Positions 16,777-26,241 of a DNA stretch of 48,224 nucleotides are shown here, piece by piece; the first letter of the stretch is position 1, and each line of letters starts with the position of its first letter. The DNA lies in contig DATIHT010000015.1 of assembly GCA_035480415.1 (NCBI GenBank), positions 1-48,224 of the forward strand, in the 5' to 3' direction. A program made the position numbers and the translations under genes. Under the pieces are notes generated by a model. It was not told where the DNA came from, did not search any database, and worked only from the letters and a program-made list of their open reading frames with translations. The stretch is from Candidatus Saccharimonadales bacterium (GTDB taxonomy: Bacteria > Patescibacteriota > Microgenomatia > Curtissbacterales > GWA2-41-24).

Positions 16777-18347
16777 AGATTTATAAAATATGCCCCGCAA
16801 GCTATCAGGGCAATTAGGGATATCATCTCACTGAGTAAGTGAAGTGATGAATGTGCGTATTTGATTATAACGGTGTGGCTGCCTGGTGGCAACTGGAAAT
16901 TAATGAGGCCAAATTTGTTGTCGTGAGTAATCGGAACTTCTTTGCCGTCTACAGTTGCCTTCCATCCTGGAAAATCTATGGAGTTTACTGTTACATTTGA
17001 GTTTTCTTGAGCTTCTATATCTGCTGAATAATTTGTCGCTTTGATCACTTCGTTTTTAATCTGTGCTTTACCACTAGTTATTACTATTTTTTCATTTGCT
17101 CGTGTTTTTTGTGTTTCTACTGACCAGAGTGGCGCGTACTCTTCTCGTACCGTTGTTGATGCTTCATTGGTTGCGTAATACCCGTCTCCTTTGTCTGTGA
17201 ACGCTACTGGTTTGGTGTATGAGATTGTTGAAAATATTGCTGCTGCAATGACGATTACTGAGAGCATTGTCTTCTTGTTTTGAGAATTTATGATAAGCGC
17301 TGCAAAAATTGAGGTTGTGAACATGACAATTGATAGGAGTCTCCAGGGAAATTGAATAATTTGACCCATGATTGGAAGTTCCCAAATGTGTGATGAGATT
17401 TTTAACATCACGAATCCAACTGCGATATCAATTAATAAAAGTGGAATTATATTTTGTCCTCTGACTTTTTTGAATAGGACTAGATAAATAGTTGTTAAAA
17501 AAATAAATATTGATACAATCCCGAATTGAACCGACATATGACCTGTTCCTGTTGGAAGAGGCGAATAACCCCATGTCGGGATAATAAGATCTTTAATTGA
17601 AACGAGGTGTTCTGTTGGATTGGATACAATTATTTGTGACGATCTAACATACTTGAGATCGAGAAGTGCTGGAAGCCAGAAAAATGCTGAACTCAAAACT
17701 CCCATGATAAGTGCTCCTAATATTTGCAGAATATTTTTCTTTGTAAGTGTAAATGCAATTATTAAAAATACTGGGATAAAGAGTGCGGCAATAACATTGT
17801 GAGAGAGGATCAAACCTGCAGAGAAAATAGAAATGAGTGGAAGATATTTTTTGTCGCCCTTTGAGACTTTTACAATACTCCCAAGTATAAGCGGCAAAAA
17901 CATGAACGCCACATTTTCTCCAATACTTCCTCTAACATAGAGGTCCAAAAATCTATACGGAGAGAATATATAAAGTATTGACCCTGCAAGTGCCGCAACT
18001 GGAGCAAATACTAATGACAGCGACCAGAACATTGCCAGTGCTGAGACTATTGTTGTTGTGACAAAAACTATTTTTATACTATCTGTAAATCCAAAACCAA
18101 AAGCTTTGGGTATTTCTGCTAAGTAAAAAGGGAGCGGATAGAGAAAATTCAAAACTGGATATCCGTAATTGCTGTTAAGCCTGTCTACAAACCTGACCGG
18201 AAACTGGCCTGCTGCCAAAGTCTGGTGAAATGCTGTGAATCTAATAACCATCCATTCTCCATCATGACTTTCAAAATAACCTTTTTTGAAAAACGGCCAG
18301 AGTGAGATTAATGTTGCAACTAAAATAATTAGCAATAGTTTTTTCAT
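16755..18347 (-). CDS. Polytopic GT-C-like membrane protein, PTPS-related/YfhO-like (paralog of 8506..10236)
   Basis: HDGEWMVIRFTAFHQTLAAGQFPVRF...NYGYPVLNFLYPLPFY, then a C-terminal FPGWKATVDGKEV...LPPGSHTVIIKY plus a terminal TM. TAATG overlap with the upstream YfhO gene. Confidence 0.65.
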   Translation of the reverse strand: MKKLLLIILVATLISLWPFFKKGYFESHDGEWMVIRFTAFHQTLAAGQFPVRFVDRLNSNYGYPVLNFLYPLPFYLAEIPKAFGFGFTDSIKIVFVTTTIVSALAMFWSLSLVFAPVAALAGSILYIFSPYRFLDLYVRGSIGENVAFMFLPLILGSIVKVSKGDKKYLPLISIFSAGLILSHNVIAALFIPVFLIIAFTLTKKNILQILGALIMGVLSSAFFWLPALLDLKYVRSSQIIVSNPTEHLVSIKDLIIPTWGYSPLPTGTGHMSVQFGIVSIFIFLTTIYLVLFKKVRGQNIIPLLLIDIAVGFVMLKISSHIWELPIMGQIIQFPWRLLSIVMFTTSIFAALIINSQNKKTMLSVIVIAAAIFSTISYTKPVAFTDKGDGYYATNEASTTVREEYAPLWSVETQKTRANEKIVITSGKAQIKNEVIKATNYSADIEAQENSNVTVNSIDFPGWKATVDGKEVPITHDNKFGLINFQLPPGSHTVIIKYAHSSLHLLSEMISLIALIACGAYFINLWRKQNS

Positions 18348-20761
18348 TATTTGGTTTTTTGTTTTTTGGCAGTATAGACTCCCAAGATAATTAGCATGAC
18401 TAATGAGGCCATAGTGATATGAACACCGGTTTTAAATGACTTGGACTGATAATAGAACTCAACTGTGTGCTCCCCTTTTGGTACTGCAGCTGATAGAAAC
18501 GCATAGTGTGCTCTAAGTAATGGTGTCGTTTGTCCGTCAATTTTTACATGCCAGTTGGGATCATGGGCATCTGATACGAAAAGAAGAGAGTTTTGATCCA
18601 GTTTTGTTTTGATTATTATTTCTCCAGGAGAATACTTTATGATTTCGGGCTCTACTGCTGACTGGTCGGAACTTTGAATATCTAGTGGCGGCTGGGACTC
18701 AAGAAGAAGAGTTCTTAGGTCGAATTGTGGGTCATAAATCTTGTTTATAATCTCCTCGTCTGATGCTACAAGATAACGGGTAGTTTGGAAAATTCTTGGG
18801 ATGACTGTTTCTCTTTGGAAAACTTGAAATTTGTCTTGCTGCCAGATGCCCTTAACTTTATCGTTTGAAAATCTTTCATAGTGAAAATCTGCAGCATTTT
18901 TAGGACTGTCTTCTTTGTCCAGAAGATATTTAACTCCCAGCAAGTCAAAGAGTCTTTTCCTGAAACCGTTTTCTTCTGTCGGAAAAACACCGTCTGACCT
19001 TAGATATGTTTTTGGGACTTTACCTGTTGCTGCCGACGCCAACAACTGTGAATACCTTTCGATTCTCAAAGTGTCGTATCCTTCTGCTCCATATACCTTG
19101 TAATGAGTTGGGAAATTAAAATCAATATGAGCTGTTCCCCCTCCATAGAATCTATTGATACCAGCGTTATCTTGAAGCCAAGAAAATATAGGGTGATCCG
19201 GAAAGATAAAACTCTTGGGTGAGGTTGGTAGGAATTTATTGGTGTAATAAACACCACCAAGCATTGTGATTGCAAAAATACCATAAATAAATGCTTGCTT
19301 CAGGTTGATTGGAAGTTTAAGTGATTTTGGTTTTAACAGCACTATCAAGCTTCCTGCAAAAAGAGATAGGTAGCTAAATGTTGGTAAGATAAGATTTCTT
19401 TTGGTTACGGATAGATTGACCTCCCAAACGTCTTTGGGAGACATGAATTTTGCTCCTACTTGCGCAAAGGCCCACATTAAAAAATAAATAAATCCAATAC
19501 CTATCTGGAAATAAATAAATTTCTTTAGATATTTCTTGTCATCGAAGTTTTTTAATATATCGGCAAGACTGAGCGACGAAAGTATTATCAGCAAGAATAT
19601 TGAGATTGATATAAACCTTGATGGGGTAGTTGCATCAATTAGGGGAATCTGAAAAGCTCTGATTGCCCAGGTTATCGGGCCGTTTACTGCTGCAAATATA
19701 AAGAGAACAGACACGAGAGTGAGAAATTTAACAAATTTTTCCTTCCATAAATTGAAAATGCCCCACAAGCTTAGAATCAGCGGGATCACACCAAAGTACG
19801 GAGTAAAGTCGCCGTATGAATGACTCCAGAAGTTATTGTTTGCAGGGTGACCAAAAAAATCGCTTGCAAAAAAAGTGATTAAGTTTTTGTAAGGAAGAAT
19901 GCCCCAATCAAATACTTCTCTTGAAAATGGTAGCGATATTGGTGAAATTTTATAGAACTGAAAGGTAGGAATAATCTGGACTGCTGACACGAGCAGTGAT
20001 GCTAAAAATACAAAAATAATTGCACCAAATTTTGGAACAAGCAACTTTTTTTCACTCAATACCTTAAAGATCCAGTACAATCCCACTGCGCTGTATACGT
20101 ATATAGCCGTTTGAGGATGGCCGGCAAGAATGGATAGGGCGAGACTTGCGGTTAATATTAATAAATAGTTAAACTTTGAATTTTGAAAGTAATTATTTAT
20201 TGACCAGAATGCCAGAGGTAGCCAAACATAGCTATGAGAAACGTTTCCATTCTCCATCCATGTGATTAAGTAGCTGGAAAACATAAAGGCAATAGACCCA
20301 AAAATAGAAGGCCATTTCTCCAGCTTGTAGCTTTTTAAAAGCAGATACATAAACAGTCCGCCCAGGAGAGGTTGAATCATCACTAGTAGAAGCCACGCGT
20401 TTTTTGCATTCGTTAAAAAGTAAAAAATATTAAACGGATAGAAGACGCTCGACTGGAAATTGGCAAGAAGAGGCTGGCCAGAGAATGTGTAAGGATTCCA
20501 AAGAGGCGCCTTGCCTTGCTTAAACTCATCTGCTGCAAATTCTTTCCAAAGGTATATTTGCCTGATGCTGTCTGCGCCCAATAGCTCTTTGTGTGTCGTC
20601 CAGGGACTATATCCTTCCCAGCCACCTGAGTAATAAGGAAAGTAAAATGAGGTCAGTAAATCTCCTGGAATTGGATACTGACCTCTTAGGAAAACCTTAA
20701 AAAAGATCAGACAAGTTACAAGAAAAATAAATATGACTGCGAATAGTTTGCCTTTAATCAT
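18347..20761 (-). CDS. YfhO-family polytopic membrane glycosyltransferase (GT-C-like)
   Basis: The track starts at GTG 20821. ATG 20761 (MIKGKLFAVIFIF...) aligns with the N-terminus of the paralog at 1867. C-terminal WHVKIDGQTTP...VPKGEHTVEFYY plus a terminal TM is typical of YfhO. Confidence 0.75.
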   Translation of the reverse strand: MIKGKLFAVIFIFLVTCLIFFKVFLRGQYPIPGDLLTSFYFPYYSGGWEGYSPWTTHKELLGADSIRQIYLWKEFAADEFKQGKAPLWNPYTFSGQPLLANFQSSVFYPFNIFYFLTNAKNAWLLLVMIQPLLGGLFMYLLLKSYKLEKWPSIFGSIAFMFSSYLITWMENGNVSHSYVWLPLAFWSINNYFQNSKFNYLLILTASLALSILAGHPQTAIYVYSAVGLYWIFKVLSEKKLLVPKFGAIIFVFLASLLVSAVQIIPTFQFYKISPISLPFSREVFDWGILPYKNLITFFASDFFGHPANNNFWSHSYGDFTPYFGVIPLILSLWGIFNLWKEKFVKFLTLVSVLFIFAAVNGPITWAIRAFQIPLIDATTPSRFISISIFLLIILSSLSLADILKNFDDKKYLKKFIYFQIGIGFIYFLMWAFAQVGAKFMSPKDVWEVNLSVTKRNLILPTFSYLSLFAGSLIVLLKPKSLKLPINLKQAFIYGIFAITMLGGVYYTNKFLPTSPKSFIFPDHPIFSWLQDNAGINRFYGGGTAHIDFNFPTHYKVYGAEGYDTLRIERYSQLLASAATGKVPKTYLRSDGVFPTEENGFRKRLFDLLGVKYLLDKEDSPKNAADFHYERFSNDKVKGIWQQDKFQVFQRETVIPRIFQTTRYLVASDEEIINKIYDPQFDLRTLLLESQPPLDIQSSDQSAVEPEIIKYSPGEIIIKTKLDQNSLLFVSDAHDPNWHVKIDGQTTPLLRAHYAFLSAAVPKGEHTVEFYYQSKSFKTGVHITMASLVMLIILGVYTAKKQKTK

Positions 20762-20804
20762 TTGTTTGATGCCTTTCCAGTAGTAAATCTCCTGTATCTG
20801 ACGA

Positions 20805-22007
20805 TTATTTGTGTGTTTCACTTTTTACTCCGCTCAGAACAAACAGCGCTATTGGAACAATTATTATTGGAGTGAACAGCGCAATTTCCATAAATTTGAT
20901 GGTATTTGGGTGGGACCAGTCACCGTTATATAAATAAGGAAGGTACCTAAGAAGTGCACCAAACCCTATGGCTCCGGCAATTAAGAAGGAGACTCGTTTT
21001 GATATTAGGGCTGCAAGTGGCAGCGTCCAGAACAAGTACCACGGCTGGAACTGTACTTGAGTACTTCCTGATGAGATAAATGGTACCTGAATTGTGAATG
21101 TGGAAAACACAAATGTAAACGCTGCCATTGTTGCAAGGCTCAGTAGAATAAGCTGATTTGTATTAATTTTCTTGATTGCCATAAGAAATATCCAGGGAAC
21201 ATTAAGAATAGATATGTATTTTATAAGCGCGCCCGCAACTAGCGACAGAAACCCGGAAAGGTTTTTATTTATTGCAAAAAGTATGGAGGCTAGAATGAAA
21301 ACTGAGAAGACTACATCGTTGTGCGCATTTACTACGCCTTCAATTAGAAAAAGAGGATTGAGAGCATAAAATGCCGTTCCCAAAAGCGCAATTTTTGGGT
21401 TTATTTTTTTGAGGATTTTGTAAATTATAAGTGAGTTTAATATATGGAAAGATCCAATAAAAATCTTGAAGGCAATGAGGGTGATTATAAATTTTCCAAA
21501 TCCTACAATTGTTGGAATTAGTGACAATGCAAGCCAGAGTGGACCGTACGGAGAGAACCTATGTGTCCACCTCATAAAACGTATCCAGTCGTCTTGAGGA
21601 AAATCTAATGCTTTGTGTGTGTAAGGACTTAAATGATAGGCCCATAAAATTTTTGCGTCGAACATATAATTGAAAACATCGTAAGAAAGAAAAGGATAGG
21701 CAAAAACAAGGATTATGAAGTTTACAACAACAGACGCAATAAGATACTTCTTCCCTATTTTTTCCCTGTAAAATAACCAAAGATTTGCGGCAAAGAATGA
21801 GAATGCCAATATCACCCACAATAAGTACACGAGTGTTGCTTGTGGACGGTTATAGTATCCAAGTTGTTGCATAAACCCAACAAAGTTTAGAAACATAGGG
21901 TTTTGCGAAAGAGTTAGATTTAGGTCTACATACGAATAGGAGAAAATCGCTAAAAAACCGTAAAGCAGGATATTTATTACTAAAAGGCGTTTTTCTAATG
22001 GCGACAC
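20805..22007 (-). CDS. Polytopic membrane protein, GT-C (DUF2029/GT87 mannosyltransferase-like)
   Basis: FLSYDVFNYMFDAKILWAYHLSPY... resembles the S-x-D-x3-Y...PY loop motif of DUF2029/PimE-like GT-C enzymes. About 11 TM segments. Only a GTG start is available (22007). Confidence 0.5.
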   Translation of the reverse strand: MSPLEKRLLVINILLYGFLAIFSYSYVDLNLTLSQNPMFLNFVGFMQQLGYYNRPQATLVYLLWVILAFSFFAANLWLFYREKIGKKYLIASVVVNFIILVFAYPFLSYDVFNYMFDAKILWAYHLSPYTHKALDFPQDDWIRFMRWTHRFSPYGPLWLALSLIPTIVGFGKFIITLIAFKIFIGSFHILNSLIIYKILKKINPKIALLGTAFYALNPLFLIEGVVNAHNDVVFSVFILASILFAINKNLSGFLSLVAGALIKYISILNVPWIFLMAIKKINTNQLILLSLATMAAFTFVFSTFTIQVPFISSGSTQVQFQPWYLFWTLPLAALISKRVSFLIAGAIGFGALLRYLPYLYNGDWSHPNTIKFMEIALFTPIIIVPIALFVLSGVKSETHK

Positions 22008-22031
22008 TATCTTTATTCTACTTAAATATCT

Positions 22032-22060
22032 TTGACAAAGCCAAATTAAGAGTAAATAAT
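22032..22060 (+). promoter_or_regulatory. Sigma70-like promoter TTGACA-N17-AATAAT, positioned for a leaderless transcript starting at ATG 22067
   Basis: TTGACA 22032-22037, a 17-nt spacer, AATAAT 22055-22060, then 6 nt to the ATG. No usable SD upstream of 22067. Confidence 0.45.
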
Positions 22061-22066
22061 GGGGTT

Positions 22067-22987
22067 ATGGGCGATATATCTCCCGAAGGAAATACTCCAG
22101 CCCTTACGCCAAGAAGACAATTTCTTAGTCACGCTGCAACAGCAGTTGCAGGAGTAGCGGCCGGATTTATTGCAGGACGAGGAGAAAAGGGGCCATCGAT
22201 ATTAAATAAGCTTGATGATTTTAGAAAAGTTGAGTGGAGCCCTGATACTGTTTTTAAGCGAGTTACGCTTGGAGAGCAAATAACAGATAAACTAACAGTG
22301 CCTGGCAATGGCTATTTTTTACACACTTCTGCGGGGAGTAAAATAAGAGCACTTGTTTCTCCCACAAACAAAAATTTTTCGGCCGGTGTCGAAATCTTTG
22401 ATGAATTCGGAAATTTAATAAGGGGAGCAAAAAATGAATCTTCTGAAACTGTAATTCCCAAAGATGGTGATTATTATGTTAGTGTTTACAGATTTCCAAA
22501 TTCCAAAATAGGCGATGGCACATTTTCTTTTCTAGTCGAGGATCCGCGAAAGACGAATGTTCAAGGTAGTTTTATGATTTCCCCTAATCGAGATCGGCAG
22601 TTTCAAATGCCTTCTGAGACTGGTTTCGATATTTTTACTCGTGGAGATATAGGTATTGTACTTGATTATAACCAAGACGTAGTTGATCCAAATGCAGATA
22701 ATCTTAAATACCCAAAAGGGAAATTTGCCCAAGATTTAAAAGTATATGTAAAAAGAGGTGGCATTGGTCAACTTTCAGGAGATAACCCTGATTTAGCTGA
22801 GCTGAGTGAACAGAACAGGTACAATGACTTTGGGGTTTGGGTGCTTGATAAACAAAGAATTGCCGTAGTTCCGGAAAGGACGACCGAACCCTTTACAGCT
22901 GAGTGGCCAAAAGGTAGCCAAGTCGTAGTATCAACCAGCAAACCAAATTCAAAAGACAGATATAACGCAAGAATTTTTGTACTTTAA
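22067..22987 (+). CDS. Secreted hypothetical protein with a twin-arginine-like signal and a PPC-like beta domain
   Basis: TPRRQFLSHAATAVAGVAAGFIAG fits the S/T-R-R-x-F-L Tat consensus followed by an h-region. GSKIRALVSP...VEIFDEFGNLI...GDYYVSVYRF resembles a pre-peptidase C-terminal (PPC) domain. The track start 21998 would overlap the divergent gene start. Confidence 0.55.
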   Translation: MGDISPEGNTPALTPRRQFLSHAATAVAGVAAGFIAGRGEKGPSILNKLDDFRKVEWSPDTVFKRVTLGEQITDKLTVPGNGYFLHTSAGSKIRALVSPTNKNFSAGVEIFDEFGNLIRGAKNESSETVIPKDGDYYVSVYRFPNSKIGDGTFSFLVEDPRKTNVQGSFMISPNRDRQFQMPSETGFDIFTRGDIGIVLDYNQDVVDPNADNLKYPKGKFAQDLKVYVKRGGIGQLSGDNPDLAELSEQNRYNDFGVWVLDKQRIAVVPERTTEPFTAEWPKGSQVVVSTSKPNSKDRYNARIFVL

Positions 22988-22988
22988 A

Positions 22989-23747
22989 CTAAATATTCTT
23001 GTAAACCCCTTTTAAGTCGTTCATCCGGATTTTTAAAACATCTCTAAACATTCTAAGCGAATCTTTTAGCGGGCTAACTCTGTCTGTTGCAACGTGATGC
23101 CATATTATCGGCACCTCTTTTATCTTGTAACCACGCTTTTTTGCTATGAACAGGAGTTCAACGTCAAAAGCAGTTACCAACGCTCCTTCAACTTTTCCAC
23201 CTTTTCCATAAACTCTTAATTGTTTGAAGAGTTCTTTGGCAACCGTACTTTTAAAGCCTTTAAATCCTGCCTGAGTATCCCAGATACCACGAACTGCTAT
23301 TATCTGAACGATTATATTAAAGACTATTCCCATAATATGCCTGTGAAGTGGCTCTTTTTCTCTTTTGGCTCCTGGTAGTTGTCTTGAACCGATAACGATG
23401 TCGTACTGTGGGAAATGAGGCAATAGCCTATCTACTTCTTCTATTGGCGTTGCCTGATCAAAGTCTGTGAATACTATTATTTCACCTTCTGCTTCTTCAA
23501 CGCCTTTTTTAACAGTTTCTGCTTTTCCTTGATGTGGATTTTTTATAACCCTTACATTTTTGTTATCTTTTGAAAATTTTTCTGCTAGATTTGCAGTTTG
23601 ATCGCTCGAACCATCATCAACAATTAATATCTCATAAGCATATTTTTGCCCCTCGAGAAACTTTGGAACTTGGTCAATTGTTCCCTTTTTGAAATTAGGT
23701 TCTTCGTTGTACGCGGGGATAATAACAGAAAGGTAGGGTTTTGCCAT
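22989..23747 (-). CDS. GT2 polyprenyl-phosphate glycosyltransferase (ALG5/dolichyl-phosphate glucosyltransferase-like)
   Basis: YLSVIIPAYNEE...YEILIVDDGSSDQT...FTDFDQATP...GSRQL. Soluble GT-A domain of 252 aa. Confidence 0.7.
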   Translation of the reverse strand: MAKPYLSVIIPAYNEEPNFKKGTIDQVPKFLEGQKYAYEILIVDDGSSDQTANLAEKFSKDNKNVRVIKNPHQGKAETVKKGVEEAEGEIIVFTDFDQATPIEEVDRLLPHFPQYDIVIGSRQLPGAKREKEPLHRHIMGIVFNIIVQIIAVRGIWDTQAGFKGFKSTVAKELFKQLRVYGKGGKVEGALVTAFDVELLFIAKKRGYKIKEVPIIWHHVATDRVSPLKDSLRMFRDVLKIRMNDLKGVYKNI

Positions 23748-23765
23748 CTATAACTATTATCTTGG

Positions 23766-24683
23766 TTACATTCTTGCTTTGTCAAAGAGGAGAAGGAGGA
23801 CTGCCATACGAACATAAAGACCATTTTGGGCTTCTTCAAAATAGATTGCCCTCGGATCACTATCCACGTCTGCGGTTATTTCATTTATTCTTGGCAAGGG
23901 GTGCATGATGATGGCATCCTTTTTAATTAACTTTAGAGTGTTTTTATCAATTACATATACTCCGAAATATTTTTTATAGTCTGCTTGTGTTAATCTTTCT
24001 TTTTGTATTCTTGTCACATAGACCACATCTGCATCTTTTAGTCCATCGTTTAAATCTTCGGTTTCCCTAAATTTATTCCCCGATTTTTTAAGTCTTTCTC
24101 TAAGTTCGGGTAGAATACACAATTTTTTAGGTGACACAAAGGTGAATTTTACATCCGGGAATAGGGTTAGAAGATATGAAAGAGAATGAACTGCTCTGTA
24201 TGTTGCTAACTCTCCTACCATCGCTATTGTGAAATTTGATTTTTTGAATTTGGAAAAAATTGTGTACAAATCCAGTAGTGCCTGTGTGGGATGTTCACCT
24301 GTACCATCACCTGCATTTATGACTGGCACTTTTGAGAATTTGGCTGCTGTATCTGCTATTCCGCTTTGCGGGTGTCTAATGACAATAAGATCCGTGTAGC
24401 CATTAACAATTCTTATTGTGTCTTCAATTGTTTCTCCTTTTATTGCAGATGAGAATTCTGCAGCATTTTCAGTTGAGATTACCGATCCGCCCAGTTTTAA
24501 CATTGATGCCTCAAATGACATACGAGTCCTGGTGGAAGGTTCGTAAAATAATGTGACCATCACCTTACCAGCCAAGGCCTGTTTATTGTATTTTCCTGAT
24601 TTTATTTTATCGGTGAGATTAAAAATTTCCTGGAGAGTTTTAGTGTCGAACTGTTTAGCAGAAACTACATGGCGGAGTTTCAT
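23766..24683 (-). CDS. pyrB: Aspartate carbamoyltransferase catalytic subunit
   Basis: STRTRMSFE (carbamoyl-phosphate site), HPTQALLD, TRIQKERL and MHPLPR motifs are all ATCase-type rather than OTCase-type. Confidence 0.9.
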   Translation of the reverse strand: MKLRHVVSAKQFDTKTLQEIFNLTDKIKSGKYNKQALAGKVMVTLFYEPSTRTRMSFEASMLKLGGSVISTENAAEFSSAIKGETIEDTIRIVNGYTDLIVIRHPQSGIADTAAKFSKVPVINAGDGTGEHPTQALLDLYTIFSKFKKSNFTIAMVGELATYRAVHSLSYLLTLFPDVKFTFVSPKKLCILPELRERLKKSGNKFRETEDLNDGLKDADVVYVTRIQKERLTQADYKKYFGVYVIDKNTLKLIKKDAIIMHPLPRINEITADVDSDPRAIYFEEAQNGLYVRMAVLLLLFDKARM

Positions 24684-24722
24684 TAGTGGAAATTATATAC
24701 TTGCACATGCCAGTTGGCAACT

Positions 24723-26240
24723 TTACTTGCCTTTAATTGCCGGCTTACCAGCTGGATTTGGAGCTCCAGCCCAATGTGTTAGCTTGAAAACTGTGATGCC
24801 AATTTCTGTTAATTCCCACTGCTGATCAATCTCTGCCGGGCCAAAGCCGGCTACTTCCCAGCTTGGATAACCAAGCGGAGCACAAATTTTTGTTTCGCAA
24901 ACAACTAACAATTGGTCTGTAACAAGTGTTTCAAGTTCAGTGGGTTTGTGGCCTTTGATATCTAAAAAGTATCTGTACGCATGATCGCTGTTATGATCGG
25001 TTAACAGGCCAAAATTGTATGGCTGATTGTTTGATTTTTCGATGACAAAATCCGCCACTTGTTCGGTTTGGTTTATCAATTTATTGGGAGGATTAGTGTA
25101 AAAACCGTTTTTTGTGAAAACAAACAACATGGCACAGGTTAAGAATATAGGTATTATTCGAAGCACTTTTTTCTGCCAAAGCAGATAGTAAATGATTGCA
25201 GTTGCAATAAACGGCGCCGGAAACATATAACCGAAGTAGTAATCAAAAATTTGCCCGGAATAGTATCGTAAGAACATCAGGCCGGCGATAAAGTATATGG
25301 CACCTGTTGTAAAAATTAACTTCTTGTCCTTGTTGCGCCAATTAGTAGCTGCGGCGGCGAGGGTACCGGCACTCAATATCCAAAATACTGCTTTTGTCCA
25401 TATGGTTGCAACAAGATGACTTATGTCTTCCAGAAGGATATTGCCAAAATTTGATATTTTCCAAACGAGATGAATTGTCTGGAAACCATGAGTCGTTGGT
25501 CTTGTTACGAATTCGTAAATTGTTTTAAAGTTGGGAAAATTATGTTTTATTTCAAAAAGCAGAAATGGGGAGAATGTAATTAATGACCCTGCGAACATTA
25601 ACGTTATTATCAATGGCCATTTTTTGAAACTTGTGTTTACAAAAACAATTAGAGCAGTAACAGGAATGAGCATAATTGCTAAATAATGAAGCTGAATTGC
25701 TATTCCAAAACAGGCTCCGGCAAATAGGAAGTTGAGCAGTTTGTCATTTTTTATCCCCCTGTAAATTGCATAAATCATCAACAGCGCAAAAAATGGAAGC
25801 GGATTAGGATTCCACGAAGACCTTGAGTACCTGACTATTAATGGCGCTGTTGCATATAAAAAGGCGGTTTGAATTGCACTCCAAAACCCTAGTGTTTCTT
25901 TCAAAAATTTATAAAGAAGTAAAACAGTTGCAATTCCAATTATGGCAACCATAATGGATGGGCCAACAGGATCGTAATTGGAAATTAACAAGAAAGGCGC
26001 GGCCATCCAGTAGTAGATAGGACCTAAATAAAAACCGCCGACAGAAGCAGTTGGTCCGAGAAATGTTGGCCTCTTCTCCAGAATCATCGTCCGCATGACA
26101 ATCATGTCGCGCCCTTCATCGCCCAAAAAAACCTGGTAATTCCTGATTTGCCAAAGTCTAAAAAACGATGAGACTAAGATTAATATTGTTACCAATACTA
26201 ATTGTAATTTTGGGGTATTTTTAAAAAAGTTGAATTTCAA
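24723..26240 (-). CDS. Polytopic GT-C glycosyltransferase (ArnT/PMT_2-like)
   Basis: TTG start at 26240. The N-terminal TM is followed by FLGDEGRDMIVMRTM (an acidic loop motif as in GT39/GT83 enzymes). About 12 TMs and a soluble C-terminal domain. Confidence 0.6.
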   Translation of the reverse strand: MKFNFFKNTPKLQLVLVTILILVSSFFRLWQIRNYQVFLGDEGRDMIVMRTMILEKRPTFLGPTASVGGFYLGPIYYWMAAPFLLISNYDPVGPSIMVAIIGIATVLLLYKFLKETLGFWSAIQTAFLYATAPLIVRYSRSSWNPNPLPFFALLMIYAIYRGIKNDKLLNFLFAGACFGIAIQLHYLAIMLIPVTALIVFVNTSFKKWPLIITLMFAGSLITFSPFLLFEIKHNFPNFKTIYEFVTRPTTHGFQTIHLVWKISNFGNILLEDISHLVATIWTKAVFWILSAGTLAAAATNWRNKDKKLIFTTGAIYFIAGLMFLRYYSGQIFDYYFGYMFPAPFIATAIIYYLLWQKKVLRIIPIFLTCAMLFVFTKNGFYTNPPNKLINQTEQVADFVIEKSNNQPYNFGLLTDHNSDHAYRYFLDIKGHKPTELETLVTDQLLVVCETKICAPLGYPSWEVAGFGPAEIDQQWELTEIGITVFKLTHWAGAPNPAGKPAIKGK

Positions 26241-26241
26241 G

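Noticed and set aside
21998-22066. Upstream ATG 21998 as the start of the Tat-signal protein
   Set aside because: It would overlap the divergent gene's GTG start (22007) by 10 nt and place the TTGACA-N17-AATAAT promoter inside the coding region. It remains possible, because AAAAGG lies 12 nt upstream, so the start call is provisional.
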